Source: an uncultured bacterium (GTDB lineage: Bacteria; Acidobacteriota; Thermoanaerobaculia; Multivoradales; JAHZIX01). From it: a stretch of 64,000 nucleotides of DNA. This document shows, piece after piece, positions 48,160 to 57,317 of this stretch. Under the pieces are notes generated by a model that was not told the DNA's origin, searched no databases, and saw only the letters and a list, made by a program, of their open reading frames with translations. Both the position numbers and the translations under genes were made by a program. How positions within the stretch are numbered: the stretch's first letter is position 1; every line of letters begins with the position of its first letter. The stretch is from assembly GCA_965368975.1 (NCBI GenBank), contig CBDUPA010000020.1, positions 32,001 through 96,000 of the forward strand, written 5' to 3'.

Positions 48160-48837
48160 TCAGCGGAACCACTCGACGCGCCGCGAGCGAAACCAGGCGT
48201 CCAAGAGTCGGACCTCGCCACCCTCGACCTGCCACTGGTGAGGCTCGTGGAAGTGACCGAGCAGGAGCACATCGTGCCCTTCGGTCAGCCGCTCACGGGC
48301 GTAGCGTCGAATCACGGCTTCTGGTACCTGAGCCTTGTGCTTGAAGTTACTCTTGGCCAGTCGCGCTTCGGTGGAGTGGATGGTGCGTTGAGCCAGCCGT
48401 CGAGGGATGCGCGTCACCAGAGTCCGGCTCATCCAGCTCTTGGACAGCCGGCGCCAGAAGCGGTACTTCCAGTCGCTGTCGTTGAGTCCGTCGCCGTGGA
48501 CCGCCAGGTAGCGTACGCCTCCCGTGGAGAATGGGATCTCGGTCGCGATGCGGTCGAACGCCTGGGCGTAGGGGCTGCCCTGCAGGAAGAAGTCGCGATT
48601 CCCCTCGACGTACTCGACGCGCAACCCTGCTTCGCGCAGCCGCTGCAGTTCCGGCACCACCGCAGCCACCTCCGGCGTCTCGAAGCGGCGAACTCCGACC
48701 CACACATGGAAGACGTCGCCGAGCAGGATCAGGCGCCGGCAGCCCTGCTCCGGCAAGGCGCGGAGCTGCTCGATCAGCGGTGTGGCCTCGCCGCCCGGGC
48801 CGCCCAGGTGACAATCGGTGATGACGGCGACGCTCAT
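48160..48837 (-). CDS. lpxH: UDP-2,3-diacylglucosamine hydrolase (LpxH-like metallophosphoesterase)
   Basis: DCHLG, LLGDVF, GNRD, HGD, GHFH. Confidence 0.8.
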   Translation of the reverse strand: MSVAVITDCHLGGPGGEATPLIEQLRALPEQGCRRLILLGDVFHVWVGVRRFETPEVAAVVPELQRLREAGLRVEYVEGNRDFFLQGSPYAQAFDRIATEIPFSTGGVRYLAVHGDGLNDSDWKYRFWRRLSKSWMSRTLVTRIPRRLAQRTIHSTEARLAKSNFKHKAQVPEAVIRRYARERLTEGHDVLLLGHFHEPHQWQVEGGEVRLLDAWFRSRRVEWFR

Positions 48838-48878
48838 GCGAGCCTCCTGCTGGTCACGAGGTCTTGCTGTTCACGAGG

Positions 48879-49970
48879 TCAGACGATCGACAGCTTCGGT
48901 CGCTTGGCAGCTTCTGCGTCGACCTCCTCGATCACGGCCTCGGCGATGGCGCGGAAGGCCGCCGCGTGGGACCCGTCCGGCTGAGCGACGGCGATCGGCA
49001 CGCCGCTGTCGCCGCCCTCGACGATCGCGGGGTCGAGCGGGATCGCGCCCAGGAAGCGCGTCTGCAACACCTTCGCCGTGCGCTCGCCGCCGCCGTGCTT
49101 GAACACCGGCGTGCTCTCGCCGCAGTGCGGGCAGACGAACATCGACATGTTCTCGACCAGGCCGACCACCGGCACCTGCACCTTGCGGAACATGGCCAGG
49201 CCCTTGCGCGCGTCGATCAAGGCGACATCCTGCGGCGTCGTGACGATCACCGCGCCGGCCAGCGGCACCTTCTGACTGAGCGTCAGCTGAGCGTCGCCGG
49301 TGCCCGGCGGCATGTCGACGATCAGGTAGTCGAGCGCACCCCAGGCGACGTCACCGAGCAGCTGCTCCAGCGCGCGCATGACCATCGGGCCACGCCAGAT
49401 CACCGGCGTGTCGGTGTCGAGGATGACGCCGAGCGACATCACTTTGACGCCGTGGCACTCGAAAGGTAAGAGCTTCTCGCCCTGCATGGCCGGTTTGTCG
49501 GTGATGCCGAACATCAGCGGCATCGACGGCCCGTAGATGTCGGCGTCGAGCAGGCCGACGCGATGGCCGAGCGCCGCCAGCGATACCGCCAGGTTCGCCG
49601 ACACGGTCGACTTGCCGACGCCGCCCTTGCCGGACGCCACCGCCACCACGTGCCGCACCTCGGGGATCAGGTTCGGATCACGTGCCACGGCCTTCTGTGC
49701 GCGAGCATGTGGCAGTTCCGGTTTCTCGACGTGCAGCTTGATCGTCGCTGACTCGATCTCCGGCAGCGCGGTCAGGGTCTCGCGTACGTCGCCGCGAATA
49801 CGTTCCACCGCCGTGTCGTTCTGCGTCGCGATCTCCATCTCGACGACGGCGTCGGTGCCACGGATCTCGACGCCGCGCACGAAGCCGAAGGAAACGATGT
49901 CCCGCTTCATACCGGGAAACTTGATGGTCTTGAGAGCATCCCAGATCCGGGATTCGAGGTCTTGGGCCAT
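48879..49970 (-). CDS. mrp: Mrp/ApbC Fe-S cluster carrier ATPase
   Basis: N-terminal DUF59-like domain, SGKGGVGKST, DADIYGPS, DMPPGTGD, ENMS..CPHC; start ATG 49970. Confidence 0.94.
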   Translation of the reverse strand: MAQDLESRIWDALKTIKFPGMKRDIVSFGFVRGVEIRGTDAVVEMEIATQNDTAVERIRGDVRETLTALPEIESATIKLHVEKPELPHARAQKAVARDPNLIPEVRHVVAVASGKGGVGKSTVSANLAVSLAALGHRVGLLDADIYGPSMPLMFGITDKPAMQGEKLLPFECHGVKVMSLGVILDTDTPVIWRGPMVMRALEQLLGDVAWGALDYLIVDMPPGTGDAQLTLSQKVPLAGAVIVTTPQDVALIDARKGLAMFRKVQVPVVGLVENMSMFVCPHCGESTPVFKHGGGERTAKVLQTRFLGAIPLDPAIVEGGDSGVPIAVAQPDGSHAAAFRAIAEAVIEEVDAEAAKRPKLSIV

Positions 49971-50084
49971 AGAGTTGAGATCCTGTTGTGGGGTGATGGG
50001 CGGAAGGTGTGGAAGGACAAAGAGCCCGCCACGCGCAGCGATTGTATCGGCCGCCGGCAACGTTGCAACCCGAGCAGGCTGCAA

Positions 50085-50846
50085 TCAGCTCGCCGAATGC
50101 TGGTCGCTCAGCTCCAGGATCGCCTGCCGTAGATCCGCCTCGAGCTTCTTGCGTCCACGGATGCCGTAGTCTTCGGGGTGCAGCGGCGATCCGAAACGCA
50201 CCTCCAATCGCCCCGGTCGCACGCGCAGCGTGCCGCGTGGAAAGGCGTCGAAGCTGCCTCGAATGCCCACCGGCACCACCGGCAGGCCACTCTTCAGTGC
50301 CATCAACAAGCCACCCCGTCGCAACTCGTGCAAGCGTCCATCCGGCGAGCGCGTGCCCTCGGGAAAGATCACCACCGAATCCCCGGGCCGGGCCGCCTGC
50401 AGCGTCTCGATCGCCTGCCCGAAGGCGTCCCGGGAGCGCTCCCGATTGCCCCGATCTACCGGAATGAACCCCCCCAGGTGTAAGGCCCAGCCGAACACGG
50501 GGATCTGGAACAGCGACCGCTTGGCCATGAAGCGCGGTCGCCCCGGCAGGACGCGGAAGAGTAGGGGGATGTCGATCCACGAGCAGTGGTTGGCCAGAAA
50601 GATGTAGCTCTTGGCCGGATCGAGAGCGTCGGCAAACTGGGTTCTCACCCGCATCCCGGCGCAGGCTAGCCAAAGCCACGCCCAGATGCGAGCGAAGAAC
50701 ACCACCGAACTTCCAAGCGGAGGAATCCAGGCGGTGACGACGGCCAGCGTGCTGAACACGACAGTGCCGAGCACCAGAAACGTAGTGCCAGTGACGGTAG
50801 CGATGGCGGAGCGGACGGTCGAGAGGAAACTGCGCGGGGCGCTCAT
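50085..50846 (-). CDS. plsC: 1-acyl-sn-glycerol-3-phosphate acyltransferase
   Basis: NHCSWID, FPEGTRS motifs. Confidence 0.9.
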   Translation of the reverse strand: MSAPRSFLSTVRSAIATVTGTTFLVLGTVVFSTLAVVTAWIPPLGSSVVFFARIWAWLWLACAGMRVRTQFADALDPAKSYIFLANHCSWIDIPLLFRVLPGRPRFMAKRSLFQIPVFGWALHLGGFIPVDRGNRERSRDAFGQAIETLQAARPGDSVVIFPEGTRSPDGRLHELRRGGLLMALKSGLPVVPVGIRGSFDAFPRGTLRVRPGRLEVRFGSPLHPEDYGIRGRKKLEADLRQAILELSDQHSAS

Positions 50847-50920
50847 GGCACGGGTAGTGTATCGCGGAGCAAGGCGCGGCAACCATGGCTTGCGTGCCGC
50901 CTCTGCTACAATCCGCCGCG

Positions 50921-51343
50921 ATGTCCGACCGCCTGCATGCGAAGACCGAACGCCTGGTGCGGCGCTTTCTGTGGCTGCGATTGCTGCGGCTCAGTCTGGT
51001 GGTCGGTGCGCTCTACGATGTTGCCTTTGCCGCGATGATGGTGCTGGCACCGCAGGTGCCAGGGCGATGGCTCGAGTTGCCGCTACCCGGAGAGCGTTTC
51101 TACTTGTGGATCATGGCGGTCTTTCTGCTCATGCTGGCGACGCTGTACCTGCTGGCAGTGCGCGATCCTCGGCGCTACAGCGGGGTCATTGCGGTAGCCA
51201 TCGTGGGCCGGACGGCCGGAGCGCTGGCCTTCGCCCTGGCAGCCTGGTTGCAGCCGGAGTTGTGGGGCCTGTGGCCACTGGCCGTGGCGGATTTCCTGTT
51301 CGCCGTCGCCCATGCGACGTGCTGGTGGCCGCTGCGTGCCTAA
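50921..51343 (+). CDS. Small hypothetical integral membrane protein (~4 TM)
   Basis: Hydrophobic segments; extended -10 TGCTACAAT 8 nt upstream of the ATG. Confidence 0.65.
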   Translation: MSDRLHAKTERLVRRFLWLRLLRLSLVVGALYDVAFAAMMVLAPQVPGRWLELPLPGERFYLWIMAVFLLMLATLYLLAVRDPRRYSGVIAVAIVGRTAGALAFALAAWLQPELWGLWPLAVADFLFAVAHATCWWPLRA

Positions 51344-51500
51344 AGGCTTCGATTGCACGCATGGCTGCAGGCCCCGAGCGGGCACCAAGTACAGCGCCCT
51401 GAGCGCGTTTGTCATCCTCGCGGTTTCCGCGTAACATCTCAGCCGACCCTCCACGGCAGTCGCTCCGACGCCCGACGGAGTGGCTTCACGGAATAGAGAC

Positions 51501-52466
51501 ATGTCTGCCCACGTCCTCCTCACCGGCGGTGCCGGTTTCATCGGTTCCCACGTCACACGGCGCCTCCTTGATCGGGGGGACCGAGTGACGGTGCTCGATG
51601 ATTTCAACGATTTCTACGATCCCGCCCGTAAGCGAGCCAACGTGGCGCGGTTCCTCGACCACCCGAGCTATCGCTTGGTCGAGGGCGATATCCGCGACAC
51701 GGCCCTGGTCGAGGAGTTGTTCGACGGCAACGACTTCACCGCGGTGATCCACCTGGCGGCCCGCGCCGGTGTGCGGCCGAGCCTGGCCGAGCCGATCCTC
51801 TACGAGGACGTCAACTGCATCGGCACGCTGCGCTTGCTCGAAGCGGCACGTCGCCACGGGCCGCGGGTCTTCACCTTCGGGTCGTCGTCGTCGGTATACG
51901 GCATCAACAAGAAGGTGCCGTTCAGCGAGAGCGACGAGATCAACCAGCCGATCAGCCCGTACGCGACCACCAAGCGTACCGGCGAGTTGCTCTGCTACAA
52001 CTACCATCATCTCTACGGCCTGAAGGTCAGCTGCCTGCGCTTCTTCACCGTCTACGGCCCGAGCCAGCGGCCGGAGATGGCGATCCACAAGTTCACCGAC
52101 TTGATGGCCCGGGGCTTGCCGATCCCGATGTTCGGCGACGGCGGCAGCCGGCGAGACTACACCTTCATCGACGACATCGTCGACGGAGTGCTGGCGGCCA
52201 TGGACACGGCGCCGGACTTCGAGATCTTCAATCTCGGCGGTGCGGAGACGACCTCGCTGCAGGAGCTCGTCACCTGGATCGCCGACGAACTCGGTGTCGA
52301 GCCCAACATCGATCGGCAGCCGGACCAGCCCGGCGATGTACCTGTGACCTACGCGGATGTCGACAAGGCGGCGCGCCTGCTCGGCTACCGGCCCAAGGTG
52401 CCGATCCGCGAAGGGCTGCGTCGGTTCGTGCGCTGGTATCGCGAGGCCAACAGTTCTGCTAGCTGA
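51501..52466 (+). CDS. NAD-dependent epimerase, UDP-glucuronate 4-epimerase-like (WcaG/CapI)
   Basis: TGGAGFIG, HLAARAGVRPS, SSSSVYG, YATTK, RFFTVYGP..RPEMA. Confidence 0.88.
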   Translation: MSAHVLLTGGAGFIGSHVTRRLLDRGDRVTVLDDFNDFYDPARKRANVARFLDHPSYRLVEGDIRDTALVEELFDGNDFTAVIHLAARAGVRPSLAEPILYEDVNCIGTLRLLEAARRHGPRVFTFGSSSSVYGINKKVPFSESDEINQPISPYATTKRTGELLCYNYHHLYGLKVSCLRFFTVYGPSQRPEMAIHKFTDLMARGLPIPMFGDGGSRRDYTFIDDIVDGVLAAMDTAPDFEIFNLGGAETTSLQELVTWIADELGVEPNIDRQPDQPGDVPVTYADVDKAARLLGYRPKVPIREGLRRFVRWYREANSSAS

Positions 52467-52517
52467 GCTGTCCGCGATGGGCGGCGACACCCTAACTTCC
52501 TACCAAGCTTCAGCATC

Positions 52518-53846
52518 ATGAATATCTGTGTTGTCGGTAGTGGCTACGTGGGCCTGGTGACCGGCGCCTGCTTGGCCGATTTCGGGATGACCGTCACCGG
52601 CGTGGACAAAGATCACGCCAAGGTCGAAGCGCTCCGGCGTGGTGAGATTCCCATCTACGAACCCGGTCTCGACACGGTGGTGCGCAAGAACACCGCTGAG
52701 GGACGCTTGAGTTTCACCACCGATCTGGGACCCTCGATCGAGGCGGCCCGAGCGGTCTTCATCGCCGTCGGTACCCCGCCGCTGCCGGATGGCTCGGCGG
52801 ACCTCTCCTTCGTGCGCGACGTCGCTCGCTCGATCGGCCAGCATCTCAACGACTACAAGGTGATCATCACCAAGAGCACGGTACCGATCGGTACCGGCAA
52901 GATGATCGAGCAGCTCGTGCGCGAGGAGGCCGGCGCGGATGCCAGCTTCGCCGTGGTCAGTAACCCGGAATTCTTGCGTGAGGGGTCGGCGATCGAAGAC
53001 TTCATGAAGCCCGACCGCGTGGTGGTGGGTAGCAACGATCCGCGAGCGATCGAGATCATGCTCGACATCTACTCCCCGCTGCGCGTCGCGGACGTGCCGT
53101 TCGTCACCACCGATGTCGAGAGCGCGGAGCTGATCAAGTACGCCTCCAATGGCTTCCTGGCCACCAAGATTTCGTTCATCAACGAGGTCGCGGCGCTGTG
53201 TGAGCGTCTCGACGCCGACGTCGAAGTGGTGGCGCGGGGCATGGGGCTCGACCAGCGTATCGGTCCGCGCTTCCTGCACCCTGGGCCGGGCTTCGGTGGT
53301 TCGTGCTTCCCCAAGGACACGCGCGCGGTCGCCAGCATCGCGGAAGAGGCGGGCCTAAACTTCCGCATCATCGAGGCGGTGCTGGAGGTCAACGAGGTGA
53401 CCAAGGCGCGCATGGTGGACAAGATTCGCGACGCGTTCGGTGAACTGCGGGGCCAGACGGTGGCGGTGCTCGGCCTGTCCTTCAAGCCCGAGACCGACGA
53501 CATCCGCGAATCACCGGCCTTGCCGATCGTCTGCGACTTGGTGAAAGCTGGTGCCAAAGTCCGCGCCTACGATCCCGCGGCGATGGACGCGGCGCGTCCC
53601 GAGCTGCCGGCCGAAGTCGAGATGTGCCCGAACTCGTACGCCGCTGCCGAGGGTGCCGACGGCCTGGTGATTCTCACTGAATGGAACCAGTTCCGCGCGC
53701 TCGGTCTGCAACGGCTCAAGGAGTCGTTGAACCGACCTCTTGTGGTCGATCTACGCAATATCTACGATCCGGAGAAGATGGCGGCCGCCGGCTTCCATTA
53801 CATCTCCGTTGGCCGTCGTGAAGGTCGGCCGGAGGACGCACAATGA
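52518..53846 (+). CDS. ugd: UDP-glucose 6-dehydrogenase
   Basis: [41 protein letters not shown]. Confidence 0.95.
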   Translation: MNICVVGSGYVGLVTGACLADFGMTVTGVDKDHAKVEALRRGEIPIYEPGLDTVVRKNTAEGRLSFTTDLGPSIEAARAVFIAVGTPPLPDGSADLSFVRDVARSIGQHLNDYKVIITKSTVPIGTGKMIEQLVREEAGADASFAVVSNPEFLREGSAIEDFMKPDRVVVGSNDPRAIEIMLDIYSPLRVADVPFVTTDVESAELIKYASNGFLATKISFINEVAALCERLDADVEVVARGMGLDQRIGPRFLHPGPGFGGSCFPKDTRAVASIAEEAGLNFRIIEAVLEVNEVTKARMVDKIRDAFGELRGQTVAVLGLSFKPETDDIRESPALPIVCDLVKAGAKVRAYDPAAMDAARPELPAEVEMCPNSYAAAEGADGLVILTEWNQFRALGLQRLKESLNRPLVVDLRNIYDPEKMAAAGFHYISVGRREGRPEDAQ

Positions 53847-54781
53847 GCTTGGCTGTGGTCACGGGCGGCGCCGGATTTCTCGGGTCGCACCTGTGCGAGC
53901 GATTGCTCGCCGAGGGCAACCGTGTCCTGTGCGTCGACAATTTCATCACCGGCCGCCAGGCCAACATCGAACACCTGCTGGCGAATCCGGACTTCCGCTT
54001 CCTGAAGCAGGATGTGTCGCAGCCGTTCACGGTCGACGACAAGGTCGACTTCGTGCTGCACCTGGCGTCACCGGCCAGTCCCATCGACTACCTCGAGCTG
54101 CCGATCCAGACGCTCAAGGTCGGCTCCCTGGGGACGCACAACACGCTCGGCTTGGCGCGCGCCCACCGGGCACGCTACCTGCTCGCCTCGACCTCCGAGG
54201 TGTACGGAGATCCGCTGGTGCATCCGCAGCCCGAGAGCTACTGGGGCAACGTCAACCCGGTCGGACCGCGCGGCGTGTACGACGAGGCCAAACGCTTTGC
54301 CGAGGCGATGGCGATGGCCTATCACCGGGTGCACGGGCTGGAGGTCCGCATCGTGCGTATCTTCAATACCTATGGCCCGCGCATGCGCCTGCGCGACGGT
54401 CGCGTGGTGCCCGCCTTCATCCAACAGGCGCTGCAAGGCGAAGACTTGACGGTCTTCGGTGACGGCAGCCAGACGCGGTCGTTCTGCTTTGTCGACGACC
54501 TGATCGACGGCATCTACCGCCTGCTGCACAGCGACGCCGACGAGCCGGTCAACATCGGCAATCCCCACGAGATGACCATTCTGGAATTCGCCGAGACAGT
54601 CATTCGACTCACCGACTCGGGCAGCCGCATCGCCAATCGGCCGCTGCCGGTCGACGACCCCAAGACCCGGCGGCCCGACATCACGCGGGCTCGCGAGATT
54701 CTGGGTTGGGAGCCGAAGATCGGTCTCGAAGACGGCCTGCGGCGCACCATCAACCACTTCCGCGGCCACCTGGACGCCTGA
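53843..54781 (+). CDS. UDP-glucuronate decarboxylase (UDP-xylose synthase family)
   Basis: [46 protein letters not shown]. Confidence 0.9.
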   Translation: MSLAVVTGGAGFLGSHLCERLLAEGNRVLCVDNFITGRQANIEHLLANPDFRFLKQDVSQPFTVDDKVDFVLHLASPASPIDYLELPIQTLKVGSLGTHNTLGLARAHRARYLLASTSEVYGDPLVHPQPESYWGNVNPVGPRGVYDEAKRFAEAMAMAYHRVHGLEVRIVRIFNTYGPRMRLRDGRVVPAFIQQALQGEDLTVFGDGSQTRSFCFVDDLIDGIYRLLHSDADEPVNIGNPHEMTILEFAETVIRLTDSGSRIANRPLPVDDPKTRRPDITRAREILGWEPKIGLEDGLRRTINHFRGHLDA

Positions 54782-54800
54782 CCGGAACGGAGAGCGAGAT

Positions 54801-55118
54801 ATGAGCGATCCAGCCGAGACCCAAGTTCACTGTGCCCGCTGCGGCCGCGATGCCGCGGCACTCGACCGGCTACCGGTACCGGGTGCTGTCGGCGCAGAAA
54901 TTCAGCAGCGTGTCTGCGTCGACTGCTGGCAGGAATGGCAGAACATGGAAGTGATGGTGATCAACGAATTGCGCCTGAACTTCATGGACCCGGAAGCCCA
55001 GACGGTACTCGAGCAGCAGATGCGCCAGTTCCTCTTCGAGCCGGACGACAGTGTGCTGCCCGAGGGTATCCCGACCGAGGGTGACGGTAGTCAGGGTAGC
55101 GGCAGCAGTGACGCCTGA
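54801..55118 (+). CDS. YggX-like Fe(II)-trafficking / oxidative damage protection protein
   Basis: VHC..C, PVPGAVGAEIQQRVCVDCWQEW..MVINELRLN..QFLF pattern. Confidence 0.8.
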   Translation: MSDPAETQVHCARCGRDAAALDRLPVPGAVGAEIQQRVCVDCWQEWQNMEVMVINELRLNFMDPEAQTVLEQQMRQFLFEPDDSVLPEGIPTEGDGSQGSGSSDA

Positions 55119-55141
55119 GCTGCTGCCGGCGTTGTGAGTTC

Positions 55142-56200
55142 GTGATGCACTCGCTGCTCGAGAAAGGCGCCACTGCCTACCGGCGGGGCGACTACGCCGA
55201 GGCCGCCTTCGATTGGCGCACGGCCGCCAAGCTACAGGAAGGTGTCGAGCGCGACCTCTGCCAGATCCTGGCGCGACTTGCGGCGGCCCTGGCCGCTGGC
55301 GCCGGGAGTCAGGAAGCCGAAGCGCTACGTCAGGCACGTGCCGAGCTGGGGGAGATCCCGGCCAAGGCCGTGCTCGGGCTCGATCTCGAACGCCTGCGGC
55401 AGGATTGGCCTTTCGATCGGGAGGTTCTGCAAGGGCCGCCGCCGTTGACACCCGCGCGCCGTTTGCGCAAGCGCGCCGTGGCGCGCTTCGCACTGATGGT
55501 CCTGGTGGTGCTCGGCGCCTTGGCCGCGCTACGCTGGACGCCGCTGGCCGAGCTGACCAACCGCGAGTTGGTGGTGGCCCAGCTGGACGCCTTGAGCCAG
55601 GCTTGGTGGGCGCCGCTGGCGCTGCTCGGCTTGTACCTCTTCGTCTGTGGCTTCGGACTGCCGGTCAGCGGCCTGATCTTTGCGGGAGCCGTCGTCTTCG
55701 GTCCCGTGCGTGGCACCCTGTTCAACGTGCTGGGCTCCTTCCTGGGTGCCATCGTTGCTTACGTGGTGGCTCGCTCCCTCGGCCGCGAGCTGGTCGAGCA
55801 TCTGGCTGGCGATCGCCTCAAGCGTGTCGAGCGGCTGATGGACCGCCAGGGCTTCTGGACCTTGCTGCGCATCCGCCTGCTACCGGTTCCGTTCCCGATG
55901 ATCAACTTCGGAGCCGCACTGGTCGGTGTCAAACCACTGACCTACTTCACGTCATCCTTCTTCGGCATCCTGATCCCGATCGGCCTGTTCAGCATCCTCT
56001 ATGCCTCGATCGGCCGCACCTTGCTCGAAGCTACCGGCGACGAAGCCCGGGCCATGACGCTGGATGCCCTGATCAAGGTGATCTTGCTGCTGGGCGCGCT
56101 GGTCGCGGTGACCTCTCTGCCGCAGCTGTGGATCAACCTGCAGCGCCGCCGCCGCTACCTGCGGCTGCTCGAACAGCGCCGGCAGCGGCGCTCGTCGTAG
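55142..56200 (+). CDS. DedA/TVP38 (VTT) membrane protein with an N-terminal helical DUF309-like domain
   Basis: AGAVVFG..G..GSFLGA..ARSLGR, RIRLLPVPF..NFGAA; N-terminal helical repeat. Confidence 0.8.
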   Translation: MMHSLLEKGATAYRRGDYAEAAFDWRTAAKLQEGVERDLCQILARLAAALAAGAGSQEAEALRQARAELGEIPAKAVLGLDLERLRQDWPFDREVLQGPPPLTPARRLRKRAVARFALMVLVVLGALAALRWTPLAELTNRELVVAQLDALSQAWWAPLALLGLYLFVCGFGLPVSGLIFAGAVVFGPVRGTLFNVLGSFLGAIVAYVVARSLGRELVEHLAGDRLKRVERLMDRQGFWTLLRIRLLPVPFPMINFGAALVGVKPLTYFTSSFFGILIPIGLFSILYASIGRTLLEATGDEARAMTLDALIKVILLLGALVAVTSLPQLWINLQRRRRYLRLLEQRRQRRSS

Positions 56201-56226
56201 TCTTCACCAGCGGCGTGTTCGACGGC

Positions 56227-57111
56227 TCAGCCGTTGTGCTTCAGCGTCTCCAGGATCTCGGTGATCTGCTCTTCGGCCTTGGCCAGCGGCAGCGGTACGG
56301 TACCGGCGCCACGATGACCGCCGCCGCCGAAGCGCGACATCAGTTCGCCAACGCTGGTATTGCAGCTGCGGTTGAAGATCGAGTGGCCGACGGCCGCGAT
56401 CACGGACTCGCGCTGCGGCCCCCAGTGCAGGCGCAGCGATACGTTGGCCTCCGGGAACAGCGTGTAGACCAGGAAGCGATTGCCGATCGGCGGCACCGCG
56501 TAGGGTCTGAAGTCCGTGACCACGACGTTGCCGTCCAAGTGCGAGCTACGCATGAGGGCGCGGCGGAACTCGGCGTCCTGTTCGCGTACCTTCTTGACGT
56601 TGATCCACACCTCGGGCTGTTCGAGCACCTCGTCGATCGGCATGGTGCGCAAGTAGCCCAGGCACTCCGTGAAGTAGTCCTGGTAGTTGCCCAGGCCGGT
56701 GCGGCTGTCGAGGGTGAAGCCGAGCAGAATGTAGCCCTGCGGATCGAGCACGTCCTCGCGCGTCAGGTTGGCAGAGTCCAGCCGGTTGGTCTCCGCGATC
56801 AGGCGGGCGAAGCGGCGGTCGCGGCCGTAGAACTCCCAGATCAGGTGTGCGGCGCTGGCGGCGTGGCCGTACTTCCCCTTGAAGTCCTTGGGCGGTTTGG
56901 TGTTGGACTCCGTCTGCAGGTGGTGATCGAACCACATGGCGCAGGCCGGGTGATACGGCAGGTTGGCCACGATGTCGTCGCCGGTGACGTTGAACTTGCG
57001 GTCGGTGATGTCCTGCGGGTGGACCAGGACGACGTCGTCGACATCCTCCAGTTCGGTCAACAAAACCGCACAGGCCAAGCCGTCGAGGTCACCACGGGTG
57101 ACGAGTCGCAT
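56227..57111 (-). CDS. DHH-family phosphoesterase (nanoRNase/exopolyphosphatase-like)
   Basis: RGDLDG, FDHH, GGGGHRGAG. Confidence 0.85.
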   Translation of the reverse strand: MRLVTRGDLDGLACAVLLTELEDVDDVVLVHPQDITDRKFNVTGDDIVANLPYHPACAMWFDHHLQTESNTKPPKDFKGKYGHAASAAHLIWEFYGRDRRFARLIAETNRLDSANLTREDVLDPQGYILLGFTLDSRTGLGNYQDYFTECLGYLRTMPIDEVLEQPEVWINVKKVREQDAEFRRALMRSSHLDGNVVVTDFRPYAVPPIGNRFLVYTLFPEANVSLRLHWGPQRESVIAAVGHSIFNRSCNTSVGELMSRFGGGGHRGAGTVPLPLAKAEEQITEILETLKHNG

Positions 57112-57317
57112 TGGGGGGCTCCTCTCCGAAACGCGGGGGCTTCTGAAACGTACAAGAGGTCTGTTCGAGACTTCGTTCTATCACATCCAGCCGGCACTGA
57201 CGGCTGCCCACGGGCGCTTCTAGAGCGTCGTGGTAATGTTCGCAACGTCGAAAGCACCCGCTCCCTTTGGCGAATCTGAAGGCAGCGGCCATCCTCAAAG
57301 AATTCTCAGGAGCACGC

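Noticed and set aside
55213-57279. 688-aa plus-strand ORF and other long alternative or antisense ORFs (e.g. 29729..31120, 43357..44865, 59204..60751, 51486..52490, 18975..20390)
   Set aside because: They overlap well-supported genes, have Arg/Pro/Ala-rich or reverse-codon composition, and are expected from stop-codon scarcity at high GC.
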